DNA of 64,000 bases from positions 16,368-80,367 of the forward strand of contig JABWBR010000029.1 of assembly GCA_013360405.1 (NCBI GenBank). Reading direction: 5' to 3'. Shown here piece after piece: positions 19,562-27,544 of this stretch (position 1 is its first letter; the number at the start of each line of letters is the position of its first letter). The DNA comes from Saprospiraceae bacterium (GTDB lineage Bacteria > Bacteroidota > Bacteroidia > Chitinophagales > Saprospiraceae). Under the pieces are notes generated by a model that worked only from the letters and a program-made list of their open reading frames with translations, did not search any database and was not told the DNA's origin. Made by a program: the position numbers and the translations under genes.

Positions 19562-19867
19562 ATGCCTCATGGAAATTCACACAAAAATAAAAACCCTCAT
19601 CATTTATACGAAATCAAGGATACGCTTGAAAATGAGGTATACAAATATGGAATCAGCGACGATCCCATTGATGAAAACGGGCTGTCTAACCGGGTTCGAA
19701 AGCAAATCGTGCTATTTAATTTAGTGGCTAATTTTGTTCGTTTTGTTGGGCGCATTCTCATTAGAAACATACCAGGTAGAGCTGAAGCCGAACGCTTAGA
19801 GAAAGAATATATCTCCAATTACGGGAAAGCACACGGGAAACGCCCGAGGGGGAATCAGAAAAAATAG
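19562..19867 (+). CDS. Small hypothetical protein with a GIY-YIG-like motif pattern
   Basis: 101 aa. HLYEIKD...VYKYGIS...RVRKQ...AERLEKEYI...GNQ resembles the GIY / YIG / Arg / Glu / Asn spacing. It starts 12 nt after the DUF4240 gene. Confidence 0.4.
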   Translation: MPHGNSHKNKNPHHLYEIKDTLENEVYKYGISDDPIDENGLSNRVRKQIVLFNLVANFVRFVGRILIRNIPGRAEAERLEKEYISNYGKAHGKRPRGNQKK

Positions 19868-20057
19868 ATGGTTAATTTATGGCCATTTTGTTGGCGTGAT
19901 GCCCGAATTATGGGGAGTGAAGTATACTCGTTAGTGGGTGAATTTCTATTGGCGCTATCATGCATATATCCGAAAAGAAACTTTACTTTGTATTTCCCCG
20001 GCCTAACACAGACCGGAGCGAAAAAACAGAACAGCCACCACTATAACTATTGAAAAC

Positions 20058-20279
20058 ATGACCGAATTGACCTGGGAAGGCAAATACAAGGACGGTAAAA
20101 AAGTAAGCCCCATCCGTATTGCGCTGCCTTTTCAAACCATCGAAACCGTCAACGAAAAACGCAAAGCCGGACTGCAAACCGATATTTTTGCCGCCGCCGC
20201 CAGCCAATACCAGGTAGTGGTGAAAGTGATTGATATATTGGGGAATGACACGACTAAATTGATTATGGTTGAAATTTGA
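20058..20279 (+). pseudogene. Collapsed remnant of a large adenine-specific DNA methyltransferase (N-terminal about 40 aa joined to C-terminal about 25 aa)
   Basis: MTELTWEGKYKDGKKVSPIRIALPFQTIETVNE resembles the N-termini of large PF01555-type methylases. QVVVKVIDILGNDTTKLIMVEI resembles their extreme C-termini. No catalytic core lies between them. Confidence 0.55.
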
Positions 20280-20292
20280 CGTATTACGTGTT

Positions 20293-21960
20293 ATGACTAA
20301 TAATGACTTACTCGACAAACTCAATGAACTTCGCTCGCTTCCCGGCGAGACGGAGGTGGTGGAATTCAAAGAGGCAAAAAATCAGTACGATTTCAATAAA
20401 ATAGGTAAATACTTTTCGGCGCTCTCCAATGAAGCCAACCTGAAAGGGCTGCGCTCTGCCTGGTTAATCTTTGGTATTGCAGATAAGGGAAAACAGGTTG
20501 TCGGCACCCGATACCGACCCAACAGAGTAGAGTTGGACAGGTTAAAAGGTGAAATTGCCAACAAAACCACCAACAGAATTACCTTTTTGGAAATATACGA
20601 ACTCATTTTGCCGGAAGGACGAGTAGTGCTTTTTCAAATTCCGGCGGCGCCGCGTGGCATACCGATAGCATGGGAAGGCCATTATTACGGGCGCGACGGC
20701 GAGGAATTGGGCCCTTTGAATATCGATGAAATTGAGCGCATCCGTTCACAGCAAGTCACTGCGGATTGGAGCGTGGGGATTTGCCCCGGAGCAACGCTGG
20801 ATGATATAGACCCGCGTGCATTGGAGCGGGCGAGGGTCAATTTCACTAAGAAAAATCCGCATTTGGCCGGTGAAATACGGGCTTGGGATGATATGACGTT
20901 TTTAAATAAAGCAAAATTGACAATTCAGGGAAAAATCACCCGGGCGGCGATTTTGCTATTGGGTCGCAGCGAATCAGAGCATTTCATCAGTCCGGCAGTG
21001 GCGCGCATCACCTGGATTTTGAAAGGCCACAACGGCTCAAGCCGGGATTACGAACACTTCTCCTGCCCTTTTTTGCTAACGGTAGATGAGGTTTTCAAAA
21101 AAATACGCATATTGAAGTATCGGTACATGACGGGCGAAACCTTGTTCCCCGAAGAAGTTGACCAATACGATCCGTACGTGATACGTGAAGCATTGCACAA
21201 TTGCATTGCTCACCAGGACTATACAGCCGGCGGAAAAATCATCCTGACGGAAGGCGACGACGAACTCACGTTTTCTAATATCGGTAGTTTTTTACCAGGT
21301 TCGGTGGAGGCAGTCATCCGCTTGAACGCACCCCACCAATACCGCAATCCTTTTCTGGCGAATGCAATGGTAAGTCTCAACATGATTGACACCATAGGAA
21401 GCGGTATTATCAATATGTTTGAGACGCAACGGGCCAGGTTTTTTCCAATGCCTGAATACGAACTGGGGGATAACCGGGTAAAAATGACCCTTTACGGGCG
21501 CGTCCTGGATATTAACTTTGCTCGTTTGCTCGCTCAAAACCCCAGTTTATCGATAGAGGATATTTTGCTGTTGGACAAAGTTCAAAAAAAGCGGCCTTTA
21601 GGCGATTCCGAGGTGAAACACCTCAGGTCAAAGGGCTACATTGAGGGGCGGAAGCCGAATTACTTTGTTGCTGTGCAAGTCATTAAACCCATTCCCGATA
21701 AAAATTTGAAGGCTCAGTATATTCGGCAACGGGGTTTTGATGACGCACACTACAAAAAAATGATGCTCGAATACCTGGATAGATATGGCTCGGCTACCCG
21801 GCAAGATTTCGATAGTTTACTCTTGGAAAAGTTGCCTGATATATTGAGTAAAAAACAGAAAAAGGCCAAGGTCGGCAACTTGATCTCAAACTTGCGAATA
21901 AGCAATCATATAAGAAATACCGGTAACGCTGCTAAGCCTGTTTGGGTGATGATAAAATGA
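20293..21960 (+). CDS. AlbA_2 (Schlafen-type) DNA-binding domain protein with HATPase_c_4-like domain and C-terminal wHTH-like region
   Basis: ETEVVEFKEAKNQYDFNKIGKYFSALSNEANLKG is an AlbA_2 signature. The central REALHNCIAHQDY...GSGIINMF is like the HATPase_c_4 region of RecG-like putative transcriptional regulators. Confidence 0.75.
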   Translation: MTNNDLLDKLNELRSLPGETEVVEFKEAKNQYDFNKIGKYFSALSNEANLKGLRSAWLIFGIADKGKQVVGTRYRPNRVELDRLKGEIANKTTNRITFLEIYELILPEGRVVLFQIPAAPRGIPIAWEGHYYGRDGEELGPLNIDEIERIRSQQVTADWSVGICPGATLDDIDPRALERARVNFTKKNPHLAGEIRAWDDMTFLNKAKLTIQGKITRAAILLLGRSESEHFISPAVARITWILKGHNGSSRDYEHFSCPFLLTVDEVFKKIRILKYRYMTGETLFPEEVDQYDPYVIREALHNCIAHQDYTAGGKIILTEGDDELTFSNIGSFLPGSVEAVIRLNAPHQYRNPFLANAMVSLNMIDTIGSGIINMFETQRARFFPMPEYELGDNRVKMTLYGRVLDINFARLLAQNPSLSIEDILLLDKVQKKRPLGDSEVKHLRSKGYIEGRKPNYFVAVQVIKPIPDKNLKAQYIRQRGFDDAHYKKMMLEYLDRYGSATRQDFDSLLLEKLPDILSKKQKKAKVGNLISNLRISNHIRNTGNAAKPVWVMIK

Positions 21961-22000
21961 TTTTAAGAGAGTTTAAGAGAGTTTAAGAGAGTTTAAGAGC
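21961..22000. repeat. Tandem decamer (g/t)tttaagaga x4
   Basis: ttttaagaga gtttaagaga gtttaagaga gtttaagagc, starting immediately after the stop codon at 21958-21960. Confidence 0.9.
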
Positions 22001-22550
22001 ATGGTTGGATTTTCGTGATTGAGCGAAAGCGATCAAATTTTATTTTAGGCGCGCGTAGCGCAGCGAAGTCCCGCAAGGCGGGGACGCGTTTTGCGCCATA
22101 CCTTTGGCGTGGAGGCAGCTACGGCGAAAAAACGCAACATGAAGCCTGGAAGGGTGACTAAACGTCGCGCTGACAGGCCGAACTCGCGAAGCGAATAAAA
22201 CAAAATTTGCCGCTTGTAGCCAAATCGAAGATTCGACGAAGGCAATTGCGCCGACTGAAAGCAATTGCGGGCCGGATGGTGAAAAAGGAGACCGATAACA
22301 GAATCCTTTGACAATTCTTTCCGACAGTCTAATTTTGGTTTTTATCCGATGTATAGAATCGTTCTGAGTCAACCAGATATTTGATATTGGTTTTGTTTTT
22401 TCTCTCAGTTGCATTGATTTTATGAGGATTTTTCAAAAAACGTACTCCCTTTGTACTTTATTCTTACAACTAATTGATAATCAAGTTACAATACTTTTTT
22501 ATTGGGTAGTAGTGTGAAAAAATGAAAAATCAATGACAGGCGCTGGATAA

Positions 22551-22664
22551 AATAACCGGGGCCATTTTGTTGACATCAACGAAATGGTCGAAATCCGCAG
22601 TGGGCCTCAACCCCGCATTGATGACATCGCACGAGTCGTACAGTCGCAAAGTCGCATAGATCAC
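22551..22664 (+). pseudogene. Fragment of a second DinD-family gene
   Basis: The plus-frame peptide NNRGHFVDINEMVEIRSGPQPRIDDIARVV aligns with NHFADVGKMVEIGSGTQRRIDDLALTRY of the intact DinD at 11245-12111. There is no N-terminal or C-terminal remainder. Confidence 0.5.
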
Positions 22665-23848
22665 CCCCTCCCCATCGCCGTCAGCCGCCGCCATACCCAT
22701 TCCAGCGGGCCGTATTGGAAGCGGGTAAACCACCATTTGCTGAATGCGATTTGTAAAACAAAAACGACTAACGCAATGCCAACTGCTAAACCGGCGCCAA
22801 ATTCCCCGAGCAAGCCGAGTCCGTAGGAGAAGAAAATCAAGGTGCCGAAAACGGTTTGCATGATGTAGGTAGTGAGTCCCATGCGGCCTGCTTCCAGAAA
22901 GACGAGTAGCCGCTTTTTCCATTTTTCTTTTTGAAAGAGGATAACCGTCAGCGAGACGTAAATGGTAGCCATAGCGGCATTGAGCAAGTCGTAGGGCATA
23001 CCGCCGAACAGTCCCCACATCTTGTAATCCATTTCTATTTTCAGCGCGCTGACTGTTAATCCAATAGTCAAAAGCACGACAAAGCAAATCAAAAATGCCC
23101 AAAGCGCCCATTTCATCCATTTTTTGAAAATTTCCGGTTGCGCAAATATGTTTTTTCTGCCGGCGTATAATCCCAATAAAAACAATCCAAATGTGATGTA
23201 AATCCGGCCCGATCCGACCTGGAATTGCATTTTGGATTTAAATTCAAAAAAATTGGCTTTTAATATATCGAAATAAGTACCCGATTTAACGGTATTGTAA
23301 TATTGTAATAATTCTGGTTGGGGTGTTTCAAAAAAATCGCCGGTTAGAGAAGTATGTGTAATAAACTCCACTACGCGGGTCAAAAAGGTAGGCACATTGG
23401 CTATTAAAAAAGCGGCGATAATCAGCAGCCATTTGTCGCTTACGCGGATAAATAAAGGCAGTAGAAATCCCAACATCGCATAGATAGTCAGGATATCCCC
23501 CCGGTAGTGCAAATGGTGAATAGCGCCGATAACAAACAGGATGAATAATCGCCAGATAAATCGCCGTACAAAGTGGGGATCGCCCTGGTTGTTGTTGAGT
23601 TGTATGGCAAAACTGAGCCCAAAAAGGAACGAGAATATCATAAAAAACTTGCCGGAGATGAGGAAACTCACTAATCCCAGGGCAATCTGGTCGAAGAGGT
23701 TGTGACTCGTAAAATTCTGATATTCTTCCGGCGGCGCGCCGGCATAATATTGCTCTGTAAAATGAATGATGCCTATGCCGAGCAGAGTGAAACCTCTTAA
23801 TACGTCTATGACTTCAATTCGCTGGGTTTTAGCCATTGTTGTAACCAT
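22661..23848 (-). CDS. DUF418 domain-containing membrane protein (YeiB-like)
   Basis: RIEVIDVLRGFTLLGIGIIHF near the N-terminus, multiple TM segments, and C-terminal FQYGPLEWVWRRLT. Confidence 0.8.
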   Translation of the reverse strand: MVTTMAKTQRIEVIDVLRGFTLLGIGIIHFTEQYYAGAPPEEYQNFTSHNLFDQIALGLVSFLISGKFFMIFSFLFGLSFAIQLNNNQGDPHFVRRFIWRLFILFVIGAIHHLHYRGDILTIYAMLGFLLPLFIRVSDKWLLIIAAFLIANVPTFLTRVVEFITHTSLTGDFFETPQPELLQYYNTVKSGTYFDILKANFFEFKSKMQFQVGSGRIYITFGLFLLGLYAGRKNIFAQPEIFKKWMKWALWAFLICFVVLLTIGLTVSALKIEMDYKMWGLFGGMPYDLLNAAMATIYVSLTVILFQKEKWKKRLLVFLEAGRMGLTTYIMQTVFGTLIFFSYGLGLLGEFGAGLAVGIALVVFVLQIAFSKWWFTRFQYGPLEWVWRRLTAMGRG

Positions 23849-24048
23849 TGTGTCGGGTGAAAAAACAGGGTTATGGCCAGTGCCGGATACAAAGTAACAA
23901 GAGCAACGCTATCAGGCTATTGATTTGGATGAACGGCAGAGAATGTCGTTTCAGTAGTGCAAATAAGCCGACAAGTGAGTCCGCACATAGCGCTTAGATT
24001 TCCCCGGGAATATTCTTTTGGAGTTTTTGTATTTGTAAATAAATTGTT

Positions 24049-24056
24049 TATTTTTG
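24049..24056 (+). promoter_or_regulatory. Bacteroidota-type -7 box TAnnTTTG
   Basis: tatttttg lies 21 nt upstream of the rhuM-like ATG at 24077. Confidence 0.4.
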
Positions 24057-24076
24057 CTAATTCAAAATGTTTAAAA

Positions 24077-25087
24077 ATGGACAGCGAAATAATACTTTAT
24101 CAAACTGAAGATGGCCAAACAAAAGTGGAAGTCCGGGTAGAAGGCGAGACAGTTTGGCTGACGTTGAATCAGCTGGCGGAGTTGTTTCAAAAAGCAAAAT
24201 CAACCATCAGCGAGCATATCAAAAATGTATTTGAAGAAAACGAGTTATCAGTGAACGAAGCAACTGTTCGGAAATTCCGAACAGTTCAAGTAGAGGGAGA
24301 GCGAACAGTAGAGAGAGAATTAGAATATTACAATCTGGATGTGATCATATCTATAGGTTATCGGGTGAAGTCTCATCGTGGCACTCAATTCCGAATTTGG
24401 GCTACCAACAGGCTCCGGGAATACATCATAAAAGGATTCGCCCTTGACGACGAGCGATTGAAGCAGGGCGGACAAATGAATTACTTCGACGAGTTATTGG
24501 CTCGTATCCGGGATATACGCAGTTCCGAGCGGGTATTCTACCAAAAGGTAAAAGAGATTTACGCTACCAGTATCGACTACGACCCAAATAATTCCCAGAC
24601 GCTGGAATTTTTCAAAATCGTGCAAAATAAACTGCTTTGGGCGGTGAGCCAACAAACGGCAGCCGAAATTATTGCTGGGCGCGCTGACGCGCAAAAACCC
24701 AATATGGGATTAACAACCTGGTCGGGCGGCAAGATCAGAAAGGGAGATGTGACCATAGCCAAAAATTACTTAAACGAGGAAGAAATAACCGCTCTGAATC
24801 TTCTCGTTGAACAATATCTTGCTTTTGCAGAAGCGCAAGCCCAACAGCGCAAACCCATGTACATGCAAGACTGGATCAAGCGACTGAATGATATCCTAAC
24901 TATCAATGAGCGCAAAGTATTGGAACACGCCGGACGTATCAGAAAAGAGCTGGCGGATGAAATGGCCGGAAATGAGTATGAAAAATATAAAGCGCAGCAG
25001 CAGGTTATTGCCCAGCAGGAGAGCCTGAAAGAATTGGAAGGCGATCTCAAGCAACTTAAAGGCGGAGGTAAAAAAAAGAAAGATTAG
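24077..25087 (+). CDS. rhuM: RhuM family virulence-associated protein
   Basis: MDSEIILYQTEDGQTKVEVRVEGETVWLTLNQLAELFQKAKSTISEHIKNVF...YNLDVIISIGYRVKSHRGTQFRIWAT is the characteristic RhuM N-terminal region. Confidence 0.8.
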   Translation: MDSEIILYQTEDGQTKVEVRVEGETVWLTLNQLAELFQKAKSTISEHIKNVFEENELSVNEATVRKFRTVQVEGERTVERELEYYNLDVIISIGYRVKSHRGTQFRIWATNRLREYIIKGFALDDERLKQGGQMNYFDELLARIRDIRSSERVFYQKVKEIYATSIDYDPNNSQTLEFFKIVQNKLLWAVSQQTAAEIIAGRADAQKPNMGLTTWSGGKIRKGDVTIAKNYLNEEEITALNLLVEQYLAFAEAQAQQRKPMYMQDWIKRLNDILTINERKVLEHAGRIRKELADEMAGNEYEKYKAQQQVIAQQESLKELEGDLKQLKGGGKKKKD

Positions 25088-25222
25088 TATAAAACCCCTA
25101 ATAGCTTACAGCTCCCTTATTCGATATACAGAATAATTCAATCAAAATACTTGTTTTATAGAAAAACATATTAATTTTATCCAAATTACAGACAACTTAT
25201 TCAATTTACCTAACATTCTATC

Positions 25223-26719
25223 ATGCATACCCCCGCAGGAAATGTATGGCTTAGAACGCATTACCGGCTCGGGCAATTTCACCTGAGCAATGAGTCGTAT
25301 ATTGGCAATTACGACAAACTGGAGGTATCTGCGTCCAGTCAGATAATACGCATCTTCGGGCCGAAATATGCCCCCACTAGTGATACTACAACAGTACACC
25401 TGGAATTTGCACTGAAATACGACGACCTTCACATGGGGCTGCTAAAACAGGTGTTTCTGCATATGGAGGAAAAGGATCTTTTGAATCACATCCATTCATC
25501 AGGGCAAGGAAAATACGCCCGCAAGATGGGATTTCTATATGAATATTTAACGGGAAAGGAATTGCCCATCGCGAAAGAAATCAAAGGTAACTACGTGGAT
25601 CTTCTGGATAGTTCGAAGTACATCACAGGAGCCATTGTAAAAAATGGGAAATGGAAAATCAATGATAACCTGCTTGGGAATCGCGATTATTGCCCTATTG
25701 TGCGGAGAACGAAACAGCTTGATGATTTACTAAGATACGATGTGCGATCCAATATACAAAAACTGGAAAAGCGTTACACTCCGCAAGTATTTAGAAGAGC
25801 ACTTAGTTTTTTATACAACAAAGAAACCCGTTCTTCATTCGAAATTGAGCGGGATACGCCATCACCTGACAGAATGGAGCGGTTCATTGCTTTATTGCAA
25901 AGGGCAGGAATTGAAAATGAAGATACGCTATTGAGTGAAAAAAATCTGACCACATACCAGAATATTATTGTTGATCCCCGATTTGCCAATCAAGGTTTCC
26001 GCGATTTTCAAAATTACATCGGGGAGATCATGCCGAATTTTATCGAAAAAATACACTACATCTGCCCGCCTCCGCAAATGGTACAAAGCTTGATGAATGG
26101 GTTACAAGCTTGCCTGAAAAAAAGCGGCATGGTTTCACCGCTTGTGAGAGCATCAGTAATTTCGTTTGGCTTTGTCTTTATTCACCCTTTTGAAGATGGC
26201 AATGGCCGAATTCATCGCTTTTTAATTCATGACATGCTGGTGAGAGATGGAATTGTACCTAAAGGCTGGATTGTGCCTGTTTCGGCTCACATGCTGAATA
26301 ACATGAAAGCATACGAACAGGCATTGGAAACCTATTCCAACCCAATTCTGCAGCATATCAGGTATAAGAAAAATGAAGCCGGTGAAATTGAGATTATCAA
26401 TAAGGAAGAAATAGTCTATTATTTTCAATATCCGGATCTTACTGCCCAATGTGCTTACCTGGCACACACTATCTATGCATCAGTGACGGAAGACATGCCG
26501 AATGAGCTTGACTTTATCCAGATGTACGATGAACTGAAGTCTGAAATAAAGAATATAGTGGACATGCCGGACAAGCACGTCAACAAGCTGATATTGTTCT
26601 TGCATCAGAACAAAGGCGTGATGCCTAAAAAAAGAAGAAAGGAGTTTTCGAAACTGACTGATGAGGAAATAAACAAGATGGAGAATTTATACGCAGAGAT
26701 TTTTGGTGGGGCTGGTTGA
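25223..26719 (+). CDS. Fic/DOC family protein (498 aa)
   Basis: Fic active-site motif HPFEDGNGRIHRFLIHDML. A candidate inhibitory-helix motif SFEIER lies upstream. Confidence 0.85.
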   Translation: MHTPAGNVWLRTHYRLGQFHLSNESYIGNYDKLEVSASSQIIRIFGPKYAPTSDTTTVHLEFALKYDDLHMGLLKQVFLHMEEKDLLNHIHSSGQGKYARKMGFLYEYLTGKELPIAKEIKGNYVDLLDSSKYITGAIVKNGKWKINDNLLGNRDYCPIVRRTKQLDDLLRYDVRSNIQKLEKRYTPQVFRRALSFLYNKETRSSFEIERDTPSPDRMERFIALLQRAGIENEDTLLSEKNLTTYQNIIVDPRFANQGFRDFQNYIGEIMPNFIEKIHYICPPPQMVQSLMNGLQACLKKSGMVSPLVRASVISFGFVFIHPFEDGNGRIHRFLIHDMLVRDGIVPKGWIVPVSAHMLNNMKAYEQALETYSNPILQHIRYKKNEAGEIEIINKEEIVYYFQYPDLTAQCAYLAHTIYASVTEDMPNELDFIQMYDELKSEIKNIVDMPDKHVNKLILFLHQNKGVMPKKRRKEFSKLTDEEINKMENLYAEIFGGAG

Positions 26720-26815
26720 TTGGGCGCAAACCATTTTGTCGCATCTGAGAAACATCAATATCATGAAAGTCTAATGCTTATTGGCTCCCTTAACTTTGCA
26801 TCCTGCCGATTTGAT

Positions 26816-27059
26816 GCAGTATCGTACTGCGCGCAAGCGTCCCGGAGGGACCTTGGTCATAGGGTGGCTCATAGGCTTCGTGGGCAGTATCGTACTGCGC
26901 GCAAGCGTCCCGGAGGGACGGTATCTTTGTAGAAAAACAGGGAGAAAACCGATATGCGTTCCGGAGGAACGATATCTAAATACCCAGGATAGCGTTCCGC
27001 TGGAACGCATACGAGGAGCATGGTGATTCTACTACAAAGATATCGTTCCTCCGGAACGG
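26816..27059. repeat. Mosaic of direct repeats and GC-clamp triloop hairpins
   Basis: The 35-bp direct repeat gcagtatcgtactgcgcgcaagcgtcccggaggga occurs at 26816 and 26884. Hairpins: cgtccc-gga-gggacg, cgttcc-gga-ggaacg, gcgttcc-gct-ggaacgc, cgttcc-tcc-ggaacg. Inverted tatctttgtag / ctacaaagata. Confidence 0.8.
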
Positions 27060-27164
27060 CTACGGTGTGGGCGTGCTGATTCTTGTGGAGGTTTTGTGCG
27101 ACAATTTGGTTTGCGCCCGGTTGATTAGCGCATTTTTTGATTCGACAAATAACCAATATTTGAT

Positions 27165-27542
27165 ATGCCCAGGCTATTAATAATTATCGGAATAGGCGGT
27201 TTCCTCGGCAGCGTAACGCGCTATTTATTGACTAACTTTGTAAATAATTACCTCTCCTCCAACTTCCCTTACGGTACGCTTGCTGTAAATATTCTCGGCT
27301 GTTTCCTCATTGGGATTTTTGTCGGTTTATTCGACCGGGGAAATATACTGAGCCCCGAATGGCGCCTATTTCTGGCTACCGGATTTTGCGGAGGCTTCAC
27401 TACTTTTTCTACTTTTTCTTACGAAAATATCAAACTGGCTCAAGGCGCTGAATTTTTTAACCTTTCTTTGAATGTGGCTGCAAGCGTTTTCCTGGGTTTT
27501 GCCGCAACTTATCTTGGCATGCTAATCATTAAATCCATCTGA
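27165..27542 (+). CDS. crcB: Fluoride ion channel CrcB/FluC
   Basis: 125 aa with 4 TM segments. GGFLGSVTRY and GFCGGFTTFSTFSYE signatures. Confidence 0.9.
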   Translation: MPRLLIIIGIGGFLGSVTRYLLTNFVNNYLSSNFPYGTLAVNILGCFLIGIFVGLFDRGNILSPEWRLFLATGFCGGFTTFSTFSYENIKLAQGAEFFNLSLNVAASVFLGFAATYLGMLIIKSI

Positions 27543-27544
27543 TT

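Noticed and set aside
19983-20369. 128-aa minus-strand ORF overlapping the methylase relic and the AlbA_2 gene start.
   Set aside because: It overlaps two plus-strand features with recognisable motifs and has no motifs of its own.
22040-22414. 124-aa and 89-aa minus-strand ORFs in the GC-rich spacer.
   Set aside because: They have no start context and no recognisable motifs, and the composition is Arg/Ser/Leu/Ala-biased. The region is treated as noncoding or relic DNA (see findings).
26816-26918. CRISPR-like look: a 35-bp repeat, a 33-nt spacer, then a 35-bp repeat.
   Set aside because: There are only two exact units. The following units are different hairpins at irregular spacing (68, 51, 36 nt). 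No cas genes are present. The repeat shares its hairpin module with the MITE-like elements, so it is a REP/BIME-like mosaic.
27060-27164. Expected fluoride (crcB-motif) riboswitch upstream of crcB.
   Set aside because: I could not find the conserved elements (GGnGAUG ... CUGAUGAUGCCU-like 3' half) in the 100 nt before the ATG. Only an Infernal scan could exclude a divergent version.
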